Source: Candidatus Spongiihabitans sp. (lineage in GTDB: Bacteria; Pseudomonadota; Gammaproteobacteria; Arenicellales; Poriferihabitantaceae). Taken from it: a stretch of 64,000 nt of DNA. A program made the translations under genes and the position numbers. The stretch lies in NCBI GenBank assembly GCA_965206355.1, contig OZ242212.1, forward strand, positions 1,118,814-1,182,813, in the 5' to 3' direction. Positions 38,071 through 46,982 of the stretch are shown here, piece by piece (the stretch's first letter is position 1; each line of letters begins with the position of its first letter). Below the pieces are notes generated by a model, which ran no database searches, had not been told where the DNA came from, and was given only the letters and a program-made list of their open reading frames with translations.

Positions 38071-38117
38071 CTATGTTCCGGACAGATGTGTTCGCTACGC
38101 AGGTTGAATGAACGGTT

Positions 38118-38615
38118 TTGATTCGCGGGATATTAAATTCCATTCCCGCCCGACCGGTACTGTACATCGCACCACTGGTGATGGTGTCGGTGTTGGTGTT
38201 TTATTATTGGGATCTGAAAAATCAGTGTACTGATCAGGTTAGTCAGCGCGAGTATTTCAGGCAGCACGTTCAGCAAGCAGCTGATACGGGCAGTCTGTTA
38301 CGGTTGGCGGATATAACCTCATTTGCTTGGCAACAGGTCAAAGGCTTTAGGGCTTTTAGACCGCAACAGCAAAGTAGAAGCTGTCCTTTTAAGTGGGATT
38401 GGTCAAGTCAGGAACGTCAGAACATTATTGATGCCGGTCAGTTATCGGTGATCATATTTATCCACGAAGGTTCGATTGCAAATTACATCGAGTTTCAAAG
38501 CGATCGAATTAAAATAGATGATTTCGGAAAAATCTTAACCCCGGAAACCGCCTTGTTCAGGGTGCAACGTGTGCCGGATGTTGTTCAGGCATACCAGCTT
38601 TCTTTGCTACCTTGA
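38118..38615 (+). CDS. Hypothetical membrane-anchored protein
   Basis: 165-aa ORF with a TTG start and an N-terminal hydrophobic helix (VLYIAPLVMVSVLVFYYW). No family recognised. Confidence 0.45.
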   Translation: MIRGILNSIPARPVLYIAPLVMVSVLVFYYWDLKNQCTDQVSQREYFRQHVQQAADTGSLLRLADITSFAWQQVKGFRAFRPQQQSRSCPFKWDWSSQERQNIIDAGQLSVIIFIHEGSIANYIEFQSDRIKIDDFGKILTPETALFRVQRVPDVVQAYQLSLLP

Positions 38616-38718
38616 TGGTCAGCAAGAGTTGCGAGTCTCGGGCTACTTTTTATGGAATGGGCAGAATATAACGCTGTCAGGCGAATGCACAGTGCCTCTG
38701 CACGGTTTGTGTATTCAA

Positions 38719-39399
38719 TCAAGTTCCGCCTAAATCCCGTTTTGCCTGATTTAGGTGTTGAATCATTAATGTTGATGCGCCTTCCATATCTCGCCGGATT
38801 ATGGTTTTTAGCAGTGCGTGATGTTGTTGGTTGTATTGGGCGATCTTTCCCGAGGTTAATATACCGAGCTTGCGGTGGCTCCACTGAGTATGGTTGCGAA
38901 TATCATTGATGCGCTGATATATCCAGATCAGTAAAGGGTTCTGAGAGTAGTTTGCTAGCATCAAATGGAACGCTTCGTCTGCGGATGAAAAAGAATTGGC
39001 ATCTTGTTGTGCATTTACCGTATCCTCTAACATCTCTTGCAACTTTCTCAGTTCACGGTTGTTGGCGTTTGCGACAACTAACCTGACAATATGGGGTTCT
39101 ATTGCCAGACGAGTTTCAATCAAATCCAGCGGGCTGGTTTCTTCGGATATATCTTCCTGATCGAATTTGATGTCGTAATTTACAAAGGTGCCACTACCAA
39201 ATTTTTTCCTGACAAAATTTGCGCGTTCCAGTTGATTGAGGGCGGATCTTACCGTGCCTCGCGCTACCGAATGCTGATCTGCCAGACTGCGCTCGGAAGG
39301 TAAGCGTTCGTTGTAGGTGTAGTCGCCATTGATGATGGCTGCACGGATATGATTGAATAATCCGGTAGCACCTGTTGTAACTTTTAAGTGATCTTGCAT
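38719..39399 (-). CDS. GntR-family transcriptional regulator (FadR subfamily, FCD domain)
   Basis: 226 aa. The N-terminal wHTH is LPSERSLADQHSVARGTVRSALNQLE, followed by an all-helical C-terminal domain. Confidence 0.88.
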   Translation of the reverse strand: MQDHLKVTTGATGLFNHIRAAIINGDYTYNERLPSERSLADQHSVARGTVRSALNQLERANFVRKKFGSGTFVNYDIKFDQEDISEETSPLDLIETRLAIEPHIVRLVVANANNRELRKLQEMLEDTVNAQQDANSFSSADEAFHLMLANYSQNPLLIWIYQRINDIRNHTQWSHRKLGILTSGKIAQYNQQHHALLKTIIRRDMEGASTLMIQHLNQAKRDLGGT

Positions 39400-39441
39400 A
39401 GTCGTTGGTAGTAAGTTGCTTATGGGCTGATGGCCTTATAA

Positions 39442-39594
39442 ATGGTTTATAAATGGTATATACAATAATAGCAATTAATAACAATATAGGTATTGTAAAT
39501 CGTACAGAGTTAGTGGTTAAATAGCACTGGTTGCAAATTACCTTAAAATGGTATAAATTACATTCCATAATTAAATGTACTAAAACTATACCAT
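39442..39594. promoter_or_regulatory. Cluster of ATGGTWTAT boxes, candidate GntR operators in the divergent promoter region
   Basis: atggtttat (39442-39450), atggtatat (39453-39461), atggtataa (39548-39556) and the inverted tataccat (39587-39594). FadR-type GntR operators are GT...AC dyads. The assignment is inference only. Confidence 0.3.
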
Positions 39595-39648
39595 AATTTA
39601 ACAATCATAAGCAACATTATATTAACAATCACAAAATAGAAATAAACC

Positions 39649-40989
39649 ATGGCATTTCCTCAGCACAGTAACTATCTTATTATTGGCGCCGGCATCCACG
39701 GATTGAGTACGGCATATCATTTAGCGTTAGAACTCAAAGCGAAAGGAAAAGGTGATGGAGGCGATATATTAGTCGTCGATAAAGCCTCTATTGGCGCGGG
39801 TGCTTCAGGCATCGCTTGTGGCGTTGTCAGAAATAACTATTTCCAACCGGCGATGCGCGAACTTATGGCACAATGTGTTGAGGTATGGGAAAGCGATACG
39901 ACGGCTTATAGTTATCACCCGGTCGGCTATATGCAGATAAGTCCTGATTCGATGTCTGAAGATGTCGCTTCCATCGCCGAACAACAAAAAGAAATCGGCT
40001 ACGAATCTGTTTTCATCGAAGGCGAGCAGGCCTCCACCAATTATATGAAGGGTTTGTTCCATGATTGGCAAGCGCAAGGCATCACTTCGGTATTGCACGA
40101 GAAGAAAGGTGGCTTTGCCAATAACACAAAATCGTTGTATGGACTCGCCAGTAAAGTTGAAGCACAGGGCGTGCGGATATTAACTGGTGTACAGGTTACT
40201 GGTTTTGAAAGTGATGATGCCAGTAGTGCGATTAAAGCGGTAATAACCGATAAAGGAAATATCTCTTGCGATCAATTGGTGGTTGCGCCGGGACCTTGGG
40301 CAAAAACGATTTGGGATATGCTGGAACTGCCCAAGTCAGTGGATATTAAATCCGACGGCGAGATACATAAAGATGTGCCGATGTGGGTTTACTGGTCATT
40401 GCAGGAAGGTACTTTGGGGGTTGATCCGGAGATACAAAAAACCAATGATGGCAAAGCGCCACCGGTTATTCATGTTGATTCTAATGCCCCCTTATATTCT
40501 GATGAGGATGGTTCCCTGATTACTGATGAACTATGGGGTATTTATTATAAACCCGATTTTCATTTCAAGGGTATACAAGGCGGTGCGGCACCATTTAAGG
40601 TGGAAACCGATCCGGATCAGGTTGCCGTGGACCCTTATGGCGTGGATTCACCCGATTTTATCGTTGGTGATGAATTTTCACACATGTGGGTGTCGGCGTT
40701 AGCACATTGTCAGAAACGTTTTCAGGGACAAATTGATAAATACAATAGTGAACCGTCTGGTGGAATAGGCTCGTTTACGCCAGACAGTTTTCCGGTTTTC
40801 GATAGCTTCAGAGACAACTGTTATTTCATTGCCGATTCCAATCATGGCTACAAGATGCTTGGGGTTGGCAAGCTGGTTGCCGAAGAACTGGTCGGTTCCA
40901 AAAGCAAACTATTGGAACCTTTTCGCTTTTCGCGTTATATTGAAGGCAGGTTACACCCGGTATCCAACAGCCCGTTTCCCTGGAGCTAG
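39649..40989 (+). CDS. FAD-dependent oxidoreductase (DAO family, sarcosine-oxidase-beta / N-methylglutamate-dehydrogenase-like)
   Basis: 446 aa. The N-terminal dinucleotide fold is YLIIGAGIHGLSTAYHLA with ...VVDKASIGAGASGIACGVVR. The first gene of the plus-strand cluster. Confidence 0.8.
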   Translation: MAFPQHSNYLIIGAGIHGLSTAYHLALELKAKGKGDGGDILVVDKASIGAGASGIACGVVRNNYFQPAMRELMAQCVEVWESDTTAYSYHPVGYMQISPDSMSEDVASIAEQQKEIGYESVFIEGEQASTNYMKGLFHDWQAQGITSVLHEKKGGFANNTKSLYGLASKVEAQGVRILTGVQVTGFESDDASSAIKAVITDKGNISCDQLVVAPGPWAKTIWDMLELPKSVDIKSDGEIHKDVPMWVYWSLQEGTLGVDPEIQKTNDGKAPPVIHVDSNAPLYSDEDGSLITDELWGIYYKPDFHFKGIQGGAAPFKVETDPDQVAVDPYGVDSPDFIVGDEFSHMWVSALAHCQKRFQGQIDKYNSEPSGGIGSFTPDSFPVFDSFRDNCYFIADSNHGYKMLGVGKLVAEELVGSKSKLLEPFRFSRYIEGRLHPVSNSPFPWS

Positions 40990-41119
40990 TCTGTTTTTTG
41001 GGTTATCAGGTCAACTTAATTATAAAGGGCATATATTAACCAGATCGGAAAAAAATGGTTAATAGAAATGCCTGGGATTTTAACCACTAACTAAAACGAT
41101 ATTATTATTGGAGATAGCA

Positions 41120-42655
41120 ATGGCTAAAAAGAAAGTAGCAAAAAAGACAACAACGACAAAACGATCCACCAGCAAAGTGCAAACGTCAACTGATTTAGAG
41201 CGGCGGGTCAATGCCCCGGGTCGAGCGCAACTGATTAGGCAGGTACGGGCGAAAATTAAAGAAACGGGTGTTACCTATGTTTACTTCCAGTTTGTTTCTG
41301 TTACCGGTCGAATTGTTGGAAAGGGTATTCCTGCCGACCATTGGGAACGGGTTGCAGAAAAAGGTTTCCAACTGGTTTATGGTTCTACTGCAAACCTGTT
41401 TATTGATCGGCATGGTGACTATATTGGTTATGGTCCGGAAGCCTCAGAACTGGTCGGCATTCCAGATCCTGAAACCTTTGTGCAACTGCCTTGGGATAAA
41501 CGTATCGCGCGCGTATTTTGTACCTGTTATCGTAACCGTGAAGAGCGTGTTAATCCGGGCGCGCACCTGACCTCCGACTGTCGTGGCAATCTGGAGATTA
41601 TCCACAAGGATTTTGAGAAAAAACACAAAATGCACATGCGGGTTGGTACCGAACCGGAAATGATGTGGCTCAAACTGGATGAGAATAAACAGTTGCAAGG
41701 GGGGGTGACTAAACCGAACTGCTATCACATCGATCAATTTGAAGAGCTACGTCCAGCGTTTATGCAGGTCATTGAATATGGTGAAAAAATGGGATTCGAT
41801 ATGATTCAGGGCGATCACGAAGATGCGCCCGGTCAGCTTGAACTGAACTGGATGTACGATGATGTGCTGAGAAATGCTGATCGACTGACCACCTATCGCC
41901 AAATTTGTGCGCAGGTTGCTCGGGAAAAAGGTTTGCATGCCTGTTTTATGTCTAAGCCTTTTATGAATGTTTCTGCATCGGGTTGTCACCATAATGTGTC
42001 GTTGTGGTCGGGTGGCAAAGATGTGGTGAATAAACTGCATCAAAAATCTATTGCCGCTATGGATGATGTGTTTTCCTATCGTGAAGGCGGTACTAACCAT
42101 TTTATGCCGGATCCGAAAATTGATGCGGTCAAACCCAATCCGATTGGTCTCAAATCAATCGGCGGTGTTATCGAACATCTTGGCGCATTGACATCCATTG
42201 GCTCATCCACGGTTAATTCCTATCGCCGTTTATGGGATACCGGCTTCTGGGCACCCGTTTTTGCCGACTGGGGATTTCAAAACAGAACCTGTGCGTTGCG
42301 CGTTTCCGCACCCGGTCGTTTTGAATATCGTTCGGTAGATTCTATGGTCAACCCGTATCTGATGGGTGGCGCATTACTCAAGGTATTCGACGATGGTATA
42401 TCCCGTAATCTTGATCCGGGTGAGCCTGAAGAGCGCAATATCTATGCGGCTATGGAAGCTGGCAAGCAGGTGAAAAAATTGCCGATGACGCTGGGAGATG
42501 CCTTAAAAGAACTGGAAAAAGATGATGTGGTGCGCACGTCGATGCCCGGCGAAATGTACACCGTGTATCACCACTATAAAAATGATGAATGGGAGCGATT
42601 TAATCATTCCGTTTCTGATTGGGACCTGGAAAATTATCTTGATTGCTTGCCTTAA
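41120..42655 (+). CDS. Glutamine synthetase family protein (gamma-glutamylmethylamide-synthetase-like)
   Basis: ATG at 41120. A Lys/Thr-rich leader of about 35 aa (MAKKKVAKKTTTTKRSTSKVQ) precedes a GS beta-grasp (YVYFQFVSVTGRIVGKGIP) and a catalytic domain (GTEPEMMWL, QGDHEDAPGQLELNW, SKPF...SGCHHNVSLW). Context with GltB-fragment genes suggests a GmaS-type role. Confidence 0.75.
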   Translation: MAKKKVAKKTTTTKRSTSKVQTSTDLERRVNAPGRAQLIRQVRAKIKETGVTYVYFQFVSVTGRIVGKGIPADHWERVAEKGFQLVYGSTANLFIDRHGDYIGYGPEASELVGIPDPETFVQLPWDKRIARVFCTCYRNREERVNPGAHLTSDCRGNLEIIHKDFEKKHKMHMRVGTEPEMMWLKLDENKQLQGGVTKPNCYHIDQFEELRPAFMQVIEYGEKMGFDMIQGDHEDAPGQLELNWMYDDVLRNADRLTTYRQICAQVAREKGLHACFMSKPFMNVSASGCHHNVSLWSGGKDVVNKLHQKSIAAMDDVFSYREGGTNHFMPDPKIDAVKPNPIGLKSIGGVIEHLGALTSIGSSTVNSYRRLWDTGFWAPVFADWGFQNRTCALRVSAPGRFEYRSVDSMVNPYLMGGALLKVFDDGISRNLDPGEPEERNIYAAMEAGKQVKKLPMTLGDALKELEKDDVVRTSMPGEMYTVYHHYKNDEWERFNHSVSDWDLENYLDCLP

Positions 42656-42785
42656 GACTGGTGGCAACTCGAGTGAGTTACCTGAAAAATTAACCTGAAC
42701 GGCAAAATCTCGGGGCGCTAACCCCCGAGGCGTTCAGTTTTAATCCTATTTTTTAATTAACCTTAATATACGGAGAACTTGCAAA

Positions 42786-43721
42786 ATGTGTGGTATCGCA
42801 GGACTTATACATCGGGGGAAAAGTTCCGACGTAGGGGCGGAGATGACATCGATGCTTCAATCTTTGAAGCATCGGGGACCGGATTCTACCGGTTTCGCGC
42901 TCTACGGGAAACCGACTAACAATCAGCATGTAATACGCTTCAATGTTGCCGAGCAGGAAGACATGAACAAGGGTTTTGACATACATCGACATGTGGTTGA
43001 ACGTCAAAAAGTGGTTGACGAACGACTGGAGAAACTGGGGGTGAAGGTAATATCTCGTGACCGACCGACCGAATACTCTAGTCGTTATACGTTTTCATTT
43101 GATGGTGACATGAAAAAACTCGCCGATTATCTTGAGGACATTGAAGGCGTGGAAATTCTGTCCATTGGTGAGGGTCTGGAATTGATTAAAGACCTTGGCG
43201 ACGCAACGGTGGTATCTGATCAATATGGTTTAGCAGATTTCACAGGCACTCACGGCATCGGTCATACGCGTATGGCGACCGAATCTGATGTGGATATTCG
43301 CTCTGCTCACCCTTACTGGGCTTATCCGTTTAACGACGTTTCGGTCGTACATAATGGCCAGCTTACCAACTACTGGGGTTTTCGTCGCCAGATGGAACGC
43401 CGTGGTCATCGTTTTATGTCGAATTGTGATTCGGAATTAATAGCCGTTTATATCGCCGACCGCATGGCCGAAGGTGATGATCTTGAAGAAGCCATGCTCC
43501 GATCTGTCGATGAACTGGATGGTGTTTTTACCTATCTGGTCGCAACCAGCGACAAACTGGGAATGGCAAAAGATGTTATGGCGGCTAAGCCGATGGTGTT
43601 ATATGAAAGCGATGAATTCGTTGGCTTGGCTTCCGAGGAAGTCGCTATCCGCAGCATATTTCCGAATGAAATTGAAACTTGGGATCCATATCACGGGGAG
43701 GTAAGAGTATGGCAGGCGTAG
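42786..43721 (+). CDS. Class II glutamine amidotransferase (GltB N-terminal-domain-like; MgsA/GlxB-like)
   Basis: 311 aa. It starts MCGIAGLI with the Ntn catalytic Cys2, and has GIGHTRMATESDV and VVHNGQLTNY. Confidence 0.85.
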   Translation: MCGIAGLIHRGKSSDVGAEMTSMLQSLKHRGPDSTGFALYGKPTNNQHVIRFNVAEQEDMNKGFDIHRHVVERQKVVDERLEKLGVKVISRDRPTEYSSRYTFSFDGDMKKLADYLEDIEGVEILSIGEGLELIKDLGDATVVSDQYGLADFTGTHGIGHTRMATESDVDIRSAHPYWAYPFNDVSVVHNGQLTNYWGFRRQMERRGHRFMSNCDSELIAVYIADRMAEGDDLEEAMLRSVDELDGVFTYLVATSDKLGMAKDVMAAKPMVLYESDEFVGLASEEVAIRSIFPNEIETWDPYHGEVRVWQA

Positions 43722-44548
43722 AACACAAATCCCATGACATGGGTCTGCATGCCGAGCAGTTAACCGGCAGAACGCAGCAGCGTTTTTTTAATGCCAGCGA
43801 GGAAGAGAATTTTACCTATCCTTGGGCGCATGAGGTTGATTTCAATAAAACCGCAGAATTTGATGCTGAACACATGGACAGCTCGGCGATTAACCTGAAA
43901 ATTCGGGAACTGATGCAATCAGGGCACGGTACCGTTACCGTCAAAAACCCACGCGCCAAACATGGTGTCGGGGTCGGTATTCTTAATCGTTTGAACCTGA
44001 AATTTGAAGGGAGTCTGGGCTATTTCGGCTGTGGCTTAGTGGATGGACCGAACATTCATATCAGCGGTCGGGTCGGCTGGTCGTGTGCAGAGAACATGAT
44101 GTCCGGCAAGGTGGTCATTGACAAGAATGCCGGTTCAACATTCGGTGCGGCGATTCGCGGTGGTGATTTGGTTTGTCGTGGCGATGTTGGTTCTCGAACC
44201 GGTATTGACCAAAAGGGCGGCACTATCATCGTTGGCGGTCGTACCGGCGCGTTCTCCGGATTTATGATGCAACGTGGGCGCATGATTATTTGTGGTGATG
44301 CGGGCAAGAATCTGGGTGATTCCATGTATGACGGCACCATCTATGTGGGTGGTGAAGTCGAGGATTTAGGTGTCGATTGCGTGCCCAGTGAACTCAATGA
44401 GGTTGATCTGAAATGGCTGAACACCAAGCTGGGAACGTATGGCATTAAACCCGCTTGTGGCATCGAAAACCTGAAGAAATTTGTCGCGGGTAAGCAGTTG
44501 TGGAACTATGATAACCTGGAACCCACCGAGAAAAAATTGATACTCTAA
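43709..44548 (+). CDS. GXGXG-motif protein (GltB C-terminal-domain-like; MgsB/GlxC-like)
   Basis: ATG at 43709 overlaps the upstream stop by 13 nt. Repeated beta-helix Gly motifs (GSLGYFGCG, GRVGWSCAENMMSG, GDVGSRTGIDQKGG, GDAGKNLGDSMYDG). Confidence 0.85.
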   Translation: MAGVEHKSHDMGLHAEQLTGRTQQRFFNASEEENFTYPWAHEVDFNKTAEFDAEHMDSSAINLKIRELMQSGHGTVTVKNPRAKHGVGVGILNRLNLKFEGSLGYFGCGLVDGPNIHISGRVGWSCAENMMSGKVVIDKNAGSTFGAAIRGGDLVCRGDVGSRTGIDQKGGTIIVGGRTGAFSGFMMQRGRMIICGDAGKNLGDSMYDGTIYVGGEVEDLGVDCVPSELNEVDLKWLNTKLGTYGIKPACGIENLKKFVAGKQLWNYDNLEPTEKKLIL

Positions 44549-45922
44549 ATGAGTATTCCAAGAACAAGAGGAAAAACAATTATGTCAAAAACAACAAGAG
44601 ATACCAGTCACCTGGGACAAAGTTTTATGTTCCCGCCGGAGGTGATGGATGATATTCATATCAAAGCGGAATTGGGACGTTACCGTATGCGTGGCTTCTC
44701 ATTATTCAAAAAAATCCCGACCTGGGATGATCTGACTTTTATGCCCGGCACCCTGACCCGTTTTGTTATTGAAGGGTATCGGGAAAAATGTTTAACCGAA
44801 ACGGTCATTGGCCCAAAAGCAAAACGCCCGATGGTATTGGATATTCCGGTTTACATAACCGGTATGAGTTTTGGGGCATTATCTTATGAGGCTAAAACGG
44901 CATTGGCGCGGGGTGCCACCATGGCAGGCACAGCGACCTGTTCGGGTGAAGGCGGTATGATTCCCGATGAACGCCGCTACTCCGAAAAGTGGATGTATCA
45001 ATGTATTCAATCCCGCTACGGCTTCAATCCGAATCATTTACGCCTTGCCGATTGCGTGGAATTTTTTATCGGTCAGGGCTGTAAGGTCGGGTTGGGTGGA
45101 CACTTGATGGGACAAAAAGTAACCGATCAGGTTGCTGAAATGCGTTCCTTGCCGGCCGGAATTGATCAGCGTTCTCCGGCGCGTCACCCGGACTGGTTAG
45201 GGCCTGATGATCTGGCTTTGAAAATCAACGAAATTCGTGAAGCGACCAACGGCGAAATTCCGATTCAGTTGAAGCTGGGCGCGGCGCGAGTTTATGATGA
45301 TGTGCGGATGGCAGCGAAAACCGGTCCCGACTCCATCTATATTGATGGCATGGAAGGCGGTACTGGTGCCGGTCCGCACCTGGCGACCGAAGAAACCGGT
45401 GTGCCGGGTATTGCCGCAATCCGACAAGCACGTAGAGCGATTGAAGATGTCGGTAAATCTGGGGAAATATCTCTGGTTTATGCCGGTGGTATCCGTAATG
45501 GTGGTGATCTGGCTAAAGCCTTGGCACTGGGCGCGGATGCGGTCGCTATTGGGCACTCGGCATTGATGGCATTGAACTGCAACAAAGACATTCCGGAAGC
45601 GGATTTCGAGAAAGAAATGGGGGTTGAGGCTGGTCATTGTTATCATTGCCATACTGGTCGCTGTCCAGTGGGGGTGGCCACGCAGGATCCGACTTTACGC
45701 AAACGTCTGAATCCTGATGCAGCAGCAGAAAGGGTCTATAACTTTCTACACACGCTGACCATTGAAGCACAACTTTTGGCGCGGGCTTGTGGCAAGACCA
45801 ATATCCATTCTCTTGAGCCGGAAGATTTATCCGCATTAACGATGGAGGCTTCTGCATTGGCACAAGTTCCTCTGGCAGGTACCCAGCATACCGTTGGGCG
45901 ACCTGATTTGACTCGATTCTAG
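44549..45922 (+). CDS. FMN-binding glutamate-synthase-family protein (GltB central-domain-like; MgsC/GlxD-like)
   Basis: GMSFGALS, KVGLGGHL, IYIDGMEGGTGAGP and YAGGIRNGGDLAKALALGADAV are glutamate synthase FMN-domain motifs. The start is either the ATG at 44549, directly after the upstream stop, or the ATG at 44582, which has SD agagga. Confidence 0.88.
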   Translation: MSIPRTRGKTIMSKTTRDTSHLGQSFMFPPEVMDDIHIKAELGRYRMRGFSLFKKIPTWDDLTFMPGTLTRFVIEGYREKCLTETVIGPKAKRPMVLDIPVYITGMSFGALSYEAKTALARGATMAGTATCSGEGGMIPDERRYSEKWMYQCIQSRYGFNPNHLRLADCVEFFIGQGCKVGLGGHLMGQKVTDQVAEMRSLPAGIDQRSPARHPDWLGPDDLALKINEIREATNGEIPIQLKLGAARVYDDVRMAAKTGPDSIYIDGMEGGTGAGPHLATEETGVPGIAAIRQARRAIEDVGKSGEISLVYAGGIRNGGDLAKALALGADAVAIGHSALMALNCNKDIPEADFEKEMGVEAGHCYHCHTGRCPVGVATQDPTLRKRLNPDAAAERVYNFLHTLTIEAQLLARACGKTNIHSLEPEDLSALTMEASALAQVPLAGTQHTVGRPDLTRF

Positions 45923-45933
45923 GAGGTAGAAAA

Positions 45934-46329
45934 ATGAGTGAAAACACCAATGCAAACGTCGATAAATTTATCGAATCAGATGGCCTGGACAGCGGTCGGG
46001 AAAAAGATATCGGTCAGCACATCGGTTATCGTTATGATGTGAATTTAGTGCCGGATATGGATCGCTGCCCTGAATTTCTTAAAAAATATATGGAAATGAT
46101 GGGCTGGGATGATTTGAACTGGCTTGAAGATGTCCACATGGGTTATGAAGAAGGCCGACCGGCTGTATTTGACCGCAACATCAATGGTTGGGTACAGGTT
46201 CCCGAAGACCTGAAACTGCCGGATAACCAACAGGATCGGGATATGATTGCGCGGGAATTGCTGATCAAATTCCAGATGTCAAAAACCCATCCGATGGTTG
46301 ATTTGATGAATGCCTATAAGAAGTTTTAG
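45934..46329 (+). CDS. Hypothetical acidic protein, last gene of the cluster
   Basis: 131 aa. A strong SD (taggaggtagaaaaATG) lies 11 nt after the mgsC-like stop. No family recognised. Confidence 0.6.
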   Translation: MSENTNANVDKFIESDGLDSGREKDIGQHIGYRYDVNLVPDMDRCPEFLKKYMEMMGWDDLNWLEDVHMGYEEGRPAVFDRNINGWVQVPEDLKLPDNQQDRDMIARELLIKFQMSKTHPMVDLMNAYKKF

Positions 46330-46419
46330 TGTCTGCCTTCCTCTTCATGGGGTGGTGCTCATTTAATTCAAGAGATAACTTTATGAAGAGTGTAATGAAT
46401 CTTCTGAAAGCAGCACTAT

Positions 46420-46558
46420 GAGACCTTTGCACGGAAGATGATTTCGCTTTCAGGCCAGGCAAAAACGCACGGAATGAGGGAGTTTATGCTTATAAATGAC
46501 CGATTGAGTACGATTTTAACGCAGCATGTAGGTGAAATGGCTTTCGTGCAAAGGCCTC
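46420..46558 (+). mobile_element. MITE copy, short form (139 bp)
   Basis: TSD actat at 46415-46419 and 46559-46563. The right TIR has one mismatch (aaggcctc). Confidence 0.93.
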
Positions 46559-46779
46559 ACTATATGAGTGCTGTTGTCCAAAACACATAGAAGCGATAAG
46601 TGAGTCAAGTATATTTGAAAATGCACTGTATTGGAGATCTCACCGTTTTTGCTAAAAAGATCCTGCTGCTAACGAAAATTTGGATATAGTCAGTGCTTTA
46701 AGCATATCGTATGCGGCTGTCTTGCATTGATAGATTAGCTCATGCGATAATTTCTGAAGACTCGGATTGATCTTCTAAA

Positions 46780-46974
46780 GATGCTGAGTTATATGCGCAC
46801 ATCATTTCACAACGAGGTAAATTGAAATCTGGTGCAGAAATACACTTCGGGGCTAGAATAAGTCGCAGATTCGTTCTTGATCACGGCTACGGAACGGTTA
46901 TTGGTGATACCGCCGTGATTGGAAATGATTGTTATGTACTTGGAGGTGTCATTCTCGGCGCAAAGGTCTCATAA
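46780..46974 (+). pseudogene. cysE: Serine O-acetyltransferase-like hexapeptide-repeat fragment (about 64 codons, no start)
   Basis: The open frame reads ...SGAEIHFGARISRRFVLDHGYGTVIGDTAVIGNDCYVLGGVILGAKVS*. It matches the CysE core ([44 protein letters not shown]). Both the N-terminal domain and the C-terminus are missing. The last 11 nt (gcaaaggtctc) equal a MITE right terminus. Confidence 0.55.
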
Positions 46975-46982
46975 TATAATTT

